DNA from: Fimbriimonadia bacterium
Lineage (GTDB): Bacteria > Armatimonadota > Fimbriimonadia > Fimbriimonadales > JABRVX01
DNA: 64,000 nt
Reading direction: 5' to 3'
Assembly (NCBI GenBank): GCA_041483895.1
Contig: JBGPGO010000005.1
Span: 128,001 to 192,000 of the forward strand
The translations under genes and the position numbers were made by a program. Positions within the stretch are counted from its first letter, which is position 1. Each line of letters opens with the position of its first letter. The notes under the pieces were generated by a model. That model did no database searches and was not told where the DNA came from. It was given only the letters and a program-made list of their open reading frames with translations. Of the stretch, positions 58,094-64,000 are shown piece by piece.

Positions 58094-60454
58094 ATGGCCA
58101 TCCTAATCGCCTTTCTACTCCAACTCGCCGTCCCGCGACAACTACCCAAGCTGGAAGAGATCCCGTTCACCCAAGTCAAAATCGCCGACAACTTCTGGGC
58201 GCCAAAGCAGGAAGTCAACCGCAAAGTCTCCATCCCACATCTGTTCCAGAAACTTGAAGAGGTGGGAACGATCCGGAACTTCGAACGCGCGGCCAAGGGC
58301 GAACACACGGGCTATGAGGGACTGATTTTCTCCGATTCCGATCTGTACAAGACAATCGAATCGGCCTCCTACTCGCTGGCCTCACATCCGGACAAAGCTT
58401 TGGATGCAAAGCTGGATGCGCTGATAGCAAAAATCGCCGCCGCGCAGATGCCGGACGGATATCTGGACACCTGGTTCCAGGTCAACGCGCCGGACAAACG
58501 TTGGACAAATCTGCGCGACACCCATGAACTATATTGCGCGGGCCACATGTTCGAGGCCGCGGTAGCTCACTATCAGGCGACGGGTAAAAGGACGTTCCTA
58601 AATGTGGCGATCAAGCTGGCCGACCTCATCGCCGAACGATTCGGTCCCGATAAGAAAATGGGCTACCCCGGCCATCCGGAATGCGAGCTGGCGCTTATGA
58701 AACTGTGGCACGCGACTGGGGACAAGAAATATTTCGAGCTCGCACGGTTCTTCATCGAAAATCGCGGCAGCCACTATTTCGCCACGGAGCACAACACGCC
58801 GCCGGATCGTTACGATGGCTCCTATTGGCAGGACGATGTGCCAATTCGCGATCACAATTCCATCGTCGGCCATGCCGTGCGCGCGGGCTATCTGTTTTCC
58901 GGCGCCACGGATGTGGCACGCGAAACGGACGATGAAGGTCTGCTGGCCATGCTCGAACGGGTGTGGAAGAACACCACGCAAAGGCGCATGTATGTTACCG
59001 GCGGGATGGGGCCGTCTGCCAGCAATGAGGGCTTCACCACCGACTACGATTTGCCTAACTTAACTGCCTATCAGGAGACCTGCGCATCGGTGGCTATGGT
59101 GCTATGGAATCATCGACTCAATCTGTTATATGGCAATGCAAAGTACGCTGATGTCATGGAGACGGCGCTCTACAATGGCATGCTGGCGGGCGTGTCATTG
59201 GATGGCAGCAAGTTTTTCTATGTCAATTCACTGGAGAGCAAAGGCAATCATCACCGATCGAGTTGGTTTGTCTGCGCCTGCTGCCCGCCCAACGAAACGC
59301 GAACATTAGCCTCGCTGGGCAGCTATATCTACGCGAAATCGAAAGACTCGCTATATGTTAATCTCTACGTCGCGGGAAGCGTTGAGACCACAATTGCTGA
59401 CAAAACGATCAAGATGGATGTTGAGACGAACTATCCGTGGAATGGAGCTGTAAAAATTGTTCTGAAATTAGAAAGGGCGATGCAATTCGCACTGCGTCTT
59501 CGCGCGCCCATCTGGAACGGCACTCCGAAGTCCGCATTCAAACCCTTTGTGAGCACACCGAGAATAAACGACGGATATCAGAAGGTGGAGATCAAGGACG
59601 GTTACTATGTCATAGACCGCATATGGAAGCCAAATGATATTGTTACATTTGATCTGCAAATGAAACCGCGAATGATAGTTTCCGATCCACGCGTCAAGGA
59701 CAACATCGGCCGCGTTGCATTGGCCAAAGGGCCGCTCATCTACTGCCTGGAGGCGTGTGACAATGTCGCGGCGTTTTCTTCTATCTACGTCAACACTGAG
59801 GAATCTATTTACGTGGGCGAGAACAAGGCACTTGGTGTTCAAACGCTTGAGTTCCCAGGCCGCGTCGCCGATGTCGCGCCGAGAAGAGGACTCTACAATT
59901 CCCCGGAGCCACCAACGACAAAACCAATCACCGCCATCCCCTACTACGCCTGGGACAATAGAAAACCCGGCGAAATGAAGGTCTGGATCCCCACTTCCCC
60001 GCCCCCACCCATCGTAGGTGGAGCGGAGTTGAGCGCAAAAGTAAACATGTCCTTCATCAGCGAAAACTGCTCCCCGTGGGCCATTAACGACGGCGTCGTC
60101 CCGGACAAATCCAACTCCCATCCCGGCGACCTCGCCCACTGGTGGCCTCACAAAGGCGGCCAGGAATGGGTGCAGTACACCTGGACCCAACCTGTAACCG
60201 TCAATGGCTCAAAAGTCTATTGGTTCGATGACACCGGCACCGGCGAATGCCGCTTCCCCGCCTCCTGGAAACTAGAGTACAAGGAAGGCGACGAGTGGAA
60301 GCCGATCGGGGCCAAATATGCGGTCGCGCCCGATAAATGGTGCGATGTCAGCTTCAAACCGATTAAAACAACCGCCCTCCGACTCATCGTTGACATGCAG
60401 CCCAACTGGGCCGCCGGCATCCATGAGTGGAAGGTGATCACCGAAGAAGACTAG
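58094..60454 (+). CDS. Beta-L-arabinofuranosidase-like (GH127) with C-terminal discoidin-like domain
   Basis: DSDLYK, HELYCAGH, GHAVRA, YQETCAS, CACCPPN, IPYYAWDNR. Confidence 0.93.
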   Translation: MAILIAFLLQLAVPRQLPKLEEIPFTQVKIADNFWAPKQEVNRKVSIPHLFQKLEEVGTIRNFERAAKGEHTGYEGLIFSDSDLYKTIESASYSLASHPDKALDAKLDALIAKIAAAQMPDGYLDTWFQVNAPDKRWTNLRDTHELYCAGHMFEAAVAHYQATGKRTFLNVAIKLADLIAERFGPDKKMGYPGHPECELALMKLWHATGDKKYFELARFFIENRGSHYFATEHNTPPDRYDGSYWQDDVPIRDHNSIVGHAVRAGYLFSGATDVARETDDEGLLAMLERVWKNTTQRRMYVTGGMGPSASNEGFTTDYDLPNLTAYQETCASVAMVLWNHRLNLLYGNAKYADVMETALYNGMLAGVSLDGSKFFYVNSLESKGNHHRSSWFVCACCPPNETRTLASLGSYIYAKSKDSLYVNLYVAGSVETTIADKTIKMDVETNYPWNGAVKIVLKLERAMQFALRLRAPIWNGTPKSAFKPFVSTPRINDGYQKVEIKDGYYVIDRIWKPNDIVTFDLQMKPRMIVSDPRVKDNIGRVALAKGPLIYCLEACDNVAAFSSIYVNTEESIYVGENKALGVQTLEFPGRVADVAPRRGLYNSPEPPTTKPITAIPYYAWDNRKPGEMKVWIPTSPPPPIVGGAELSAKVNMSFISENCSPWAINDGVVPDKSNSHPGDLAHWWPHKGGQEWVQYTWTQPVTVNGSKVYWFDDTGTGECRFPASWKLEYKEGDEWKPIGAKYAVAPDKWCDVSFKPIKTTALRLIVDMQPNWAAGIHEWKVITEED

Positions 60455-60517
60455 ATACTCCTGGCGTGGCTGGAACCGCATATCGAGAACTCGCGTCAGT
60501 CGATTAGGAGGAGAACT

Positions 60518-60958
60518 ATGAAATTTCTAAACAAACCCGTTCATCTGATCATCATCAGCACTGGTCTGCTGATAATCGGAGCCGTTTCCTTCGTTGGATG
60601 CCGATCATCAGGCCCGCAAGATACTCTGAGAGTGAGGCGACTCGAAATAGTCGATGACAAAGGCAAGACCCAAGGAATTCTCTTTGCCGACAAAGACGGC
60701 GCCGTGCTGAGCCTTAACGACTCCGATGGAAAGCCCAGGATCGTAATTGCGGCAGGGGCGACGAAACCATCGCTGGAGATATACGACGCGACCGGAAAGG
60801 TCCGACTTATCGCCTCGGTCGAAAAGGACGGATCGGCTCTTGCAATCAATAACGGATCGGGAATACCGGTCGCCACGATCGGCTATTACCAAGACCAAAG
60901 CTGGGTCGCGGTAAACGACCCAGCCGGTAATCTCGTCGCGCGTCTTCCCGCGAAATAA
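60518..60958 (+). CDS. Hypothetical lipoprotein with short beta repeats
   Basis: AGGAG RBS; hydrophobic leader FVGC; repeated LxIxDxxGK. Confidence 0.7.
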   Translation: MKFLNKPVHLIIISTGLLIIGAVSFVGCRSSGPQDTLRVRRLEIVDDKGKTQGILFADKDGAVLSLNDSDGKPRIVIAAGATKPSLEIYDATGKVRLIASVEKDGSALAINNGSGIPVATIGYYQDQSWVAVNDPAGNLVARLPAK

Positions 60959-61444
60959 CTATCGATTCATCGCCGCAAGCACGCGTTGATAATTCGAGCT
61001 AGGGGCCGGTGCTGTCGTTACGGACGAAGCGCCTTGCCGCCCTCGTCCGCTCTGGCCAATCACAAGGCCCTCTCTATAGCCGCTCTTGTAGCCCTCCGCC
61101 ATGCCCTTGCGGTAGGCGGAACTGATCAGAGACTGGACCCGCGACGAGGATCCCAGGCTCTGGCTTGATGGAGCGGATGTCAGAGTGCGGTATTTCGCCG
61201 CAGCTTTTTCGCGCCGATGGCGGGCATTGATGTCGTCCTGCATTAGCTTCGTCGCATAGGCAGTGCCGCCCAGGCCCAAAACGCCAAGGACCCGCGTGTC
61301 GCGGCGAGATAGCAGGTACAGCGAACCAATTCCCAATCCATAGGCCGTATTTCGACGACCTTCCTCGCTGGCACGAACCGGCCCAGGGTACGGAACTATC
61401 ATCAGGCTTGCAAATAGAATGACAACTACGCTTCGATACTTCAT
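60959..61444 (-). CDS. Hypothetical exported protein
   Basis: GGAGG RBS, signal peptide, Gly-rich hydrophobic segments. Confidence 0.65.
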   Translation of the reverse strand: MKYRSVVVILFASLMIVPYPGPVRASEEGRRNTAYGLGIGSLYLLSRRDTRVLGVLGLGGTAYATKLMQDDINARHRREKAAAKYRTLTSAPSSQSLGSSSRVQSLISSAYRKGMAEGYKSGYREGLVIGQSGRGRQGASSVTTAPAPSSNYQRVLAAMNR

Positions 61445-61534
61445 TGTCTTTCGCCTCCTATATGTCTTCCAATTAATCAGACTGGCAGTTGATAGATCGC
61501 GTCAGAAGAAAACGATCAGAAGCAACGACCAATT

Positions 61535-61969
61535 CTAAAGCTTGATGTCGGCGATTGCGGAAACGCCCACGCCATCAACGCGGTCGAGCGATTTACCAGG
61601 CGTCTTGGTAGAAATCGGCACGAGCGCCTTCAGCCGCAACGCCCGGCGCGCAAAATCGCCCTCGACCTGCCCAACGGCCTGCACCTTATCCACCTGGGCG
61701 ACTGGTCCCATCACCTGCGCGATGCCGACATAGCCGCCCTGACCGATGCTGAGAATCGGGACGATCTTGGTTTTCACAACATCCGTTGCCTTGAACTGGG
61801 TCAAACTGTTGATGCCCTTATCGATATCCTTGCCGAATTTGTCGGCCACAAGCACCGCTCCGCCCGCCTTGAGAGCCGCTCGGAACAGATCGTCGAACTG
61901 TCCGCTCGCAACTCCAAAAACGAGAAGCACAGAAAGTAAAACCGCAATTCTGGTGATCTTCGCTTTCAT
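61535..61969 (-). CDS. Conserved hypothetical exported protein
   Basis: GGAGG RBS, signal peptide, TKIVPILSIG, VGVSAIADIKL. Confidence 0.72.
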   Translation of the reverse strand: MKAKITRIAVLLSVLLVFGVASGQFDDLFRAALKAGGAVLVADKFGKDIDKGINSLTQFKATDVVKTKIVPILSIGQGGYVGIAQVMGPVAQVDKVQAVGQVEGDFARRALRLKALVPISTKTPGKSLDRVDGVGVSAIADIKL

Positions 61970-62018
61970 TTTTCCCCTCCAATCAATAGACGCAACCGAG
62001 CGGGGTCAATGTTCCCAG

Positions 62019-62738
62019 TTAGGCCTGTGTGCCGACGGCTAGTTTCGACGCAGCAACAAGATCGATGAACCAAATCAACTCACCGTCGCAGTGAATCCCC
62101 TGCGCCGGGTTCACGAACGGCTCATAATCCCCCTCCAATGCGCGATGCACCGCAGGCGCCGTCTCGGCCCCGGATGCCAGAACCCATACGTGGTCGGCGA
62201 AGGACAGCGCGAGAGGACTTAGCGTAATCCACTTCTGCGTGGAACCGGGGGGGCGGCTCTGCTCGACCAGCCGCGGAACCATGCCCGCATCGAATTCCGG
62301 AAAGATCGCCGCAATCGTCCCGTCCGGCGATAGACTGACGAGAGCCAAATCCAGCGGCTCGACGTCGTTCTCATATCGGCGGCATTCGGATTGGATGTCC
62401 GCATGTTCCCCATGAATTCTGTGGACGGTTCCGATTGGAAGATGCTGCAAGAAGGACGTTTCGGCCCTGGCGAACTGGTTGTCCGGATGGTCCGTGGCTG
62501 CATGAATATCGTGCGTGAAGATAAGCGAGACCTTTCCCCATTCGACTGCGGATTTGAATTCGCTCGTTGTCAGCAATTGGGCAATAGCGATCAAATCTCC
62601 CTGGAATCCCATGGCGACCCGAAACCGGCCCCGCGCTTTTATGCACTCTTGCGCCAACCGCACAAACCGCTGGGCAACGATCCGGGTAAGGGCCTGTGGA
62701 TCGTCGACAAGTCGAATCGTGCGAACATCTCCGGCCAT
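62019..62738 (-). CDS. pgl: 6-phosphogluconolactonase-like protein (degenerate motifs)
   Basis: Overall Pgl layout (RGRFRVA, DHPDNQ, ITLS, PAQ, WFID) directly after tkt. Confidence 0.75.
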   Translation of the reverse strand: MAGDVRTIRLVDDPQALTRIVAQRFVRLAQECIKARGRFRVAMGFQGDLIAIAQLLTTSEFKSAVEWGKVSLIFTHDIHAATDHPDNQFARAETSFLQHLPIGTVHRIHGEHADIQSECRRYENDVEPLDLALVSLSPDGTIAAIFPEFDAGMVPRLVEQSRPPGSTQKWITLSPLALSFADHVWVLASGAETAPAVHRALEGDYEPFVNPAQGIHCDGELIWFIDLVAASKLAVGTQA

Positions 62739-62739
62739 G

Positions 62740-64000
62740 CTAGTTTGTCAAAAGGCTCATTGCGGTTGCGGCGATATTCTCCGGCGTAAACCCATATTCC
62801 TGCATCAGAATCTCAACCGGGGCGGAAGCGCCGAATTTGTCGATGCATACAGTCTTTCCTTCAAGGCCGATATACCGCTCCCATCCCAACGGCGAAGCCG
62901 CCTCCACCGCGACCCTCTTCGTGATGGACGGCGGCAGGACGCAATCCCGATAGTCGCGCGGCTGCTGGTCGAAAAGCCGCCAGCACGGCATACTGACGAC
63001 CCGCGCCGCCACGCCTCCGTCCGCCAATCGCTGCGCCGCCGCCAGGGTTGGATGGATCTCCGATCCCGTAGAGATCAAAATCACTTTCGGCCGCCCGGTA
63101 CCAAAATCCGCCAAAACATATCCACCGTTTTGCAATCCCGAAGCAGGCGCGACGACGGATCGATCGAGCGTCGGAACCGATTGGCGGGTCAGGATCAGCA
63201 GCACAGGGCCGGACCGATGCTCCAATGCAATCCTCCATGCTTCGGCCGTCTCGTTCGCATCGCAAGGCCGGATCACAAGGCAGTTCGGAACCGCGCGCAT
63301 CGCGGCCAAATGCTCCACCGGCTGGTGTGTTGGTCCATCCTCACCCAATCCGATGCTGTCGTGCGTGTAAAGCATGATGAATCGGACGCCCGACAACGCA
63401 GCCAACCGGATCGGCGGCCGCATGTAGTCCGAAAAAACGAAGAAGGTCGAGCCGTACGGGATCACTCCGGGCGTAAGGGCCATGCCATGCAGTACGCCGC
63501 CCATCGCATGCTCCCGAATGCCGAAATGCATGGTCCGCGCGTCGTAGGAATCGGCCTCAAAATCCTTGCTGCCCTTGACCGTCGTGTTCGTCGACCCCGC
63601 GAGGTCGCCGGATCCGCCGATCAGATTCGGCAGCCGCGACGCGATGGCGGTCAAAACGTTCCCGGATGCGACGCGGGTCGCCATTCCTTTCTCCGGTCCA
63701 AACGTGGGAATTTCGGCGTCCCATCCGTCCGGAAGCCGCCCGGCGATCGATTCGAGATACTCGCCGGCCTCAGCCGGAAAAGCCGCCTGATAGGAGGCGA
63801 ATTGCGTCTGCCACGCCTCGTATCGCGCCGTGCCCTCATCCACTGTATTTCGCATTTCGGCGTACACCTCGTCCGGCACAGTAAACGGCTCTTCGTATGG
63901 CCAACCGAGATTCTTCTTTGTCAGCGCGACCTCTTCCGCGCCCAGCACGGACCCATGCGCCGCAGCGGTGTCCTGTTTATTCGGACTCCCATATCCGATG
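62740..64000 (-). CDS. tkt: Transketolase, 5' end outside window
   Basis: ATRVAS, FGIREHAM, DYMRP, THDSIGLGEDGPTHQPVEH, TGSE, FGASAP. Confidence 0.97.
   Translation of the reverse strand, partial: IGYGSPNKQDTAAAHGSVLGAEEVALTKKNLGWPYEEPFTVPDEVYAEMRNTVDEGTARYEAWQTQFASYQAAFPAEAGEYLESIAGRLPDGWDAEIPTFGPEKGMATRVASGNVLTAIASRLPNLIGGSGDLAGSTNTTVKGSKDFEADSYDARTMHFGIREHAMGGVLHGMALTPGVIPYGSTFFVFSDYMRPPIRLAALSGVRFIMLYTHDSIGLGEDGPTHQPVEHLAAMRAVPNCLVIRPCDANETAEAWRIALEHRSGPVLLILTRQSVPTLDRSVVAPASGLQNGGYVLADFGTGRPKVILISTGSEIHPTLAAAQRLADGGVAARVVSMPCWRLFDQQPRDYRDCVLPPSITKRVAVEAASPLGWERYIGLEGKTVCIDKFGASAPVEILMQEYGFTPENIAATAMSLLTN

Overview
GC-rich bacterial chromosomal window. It is most likely Armatimonadota (Fimbriimonadia-like), inferred from an H-X9-DG protein, paired C-terminal dockerin-like modules and a PEP-CTERM protein. 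It carries about 50 CDS. Housekeeping genes include def-fmt, gdhA, remA-mreBCD, purH, purL, thrC, hrcA, pgl-like and a partial tkt. There is a Mn/Fe homeostasis locus (two DtxR-family regulators, mntH), sugar enzymes (GH51, GH127, DUF1080, tandem GT4, heparinase II/III-like), toxin-antitoxin pieces and several secreted beta-propeller proteins. I found no rRNA, tRNA, CRISPR array, integrase or transposase. The most notable observations are: (1) at least three families of palindromic REP-like repeats sit in frame inside purL (three sites), glcD and a heparinase-like gene; (2) a two-gene module (PQQ-like propeller plus a ~43-aa-repeat protein) occurs twice, once PEP-CTERM anchored and once anchorless; (3) hicB and hicA are convergent, each with its own apparent leaderless promoter; (4) a papain-like/alpha-beta-hydrolase fusion and an amidase lie behind a consensus promoter; (5) leaderless gene starts are pervasive. 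All family calls come from motif recognition by eye; no searches were run.
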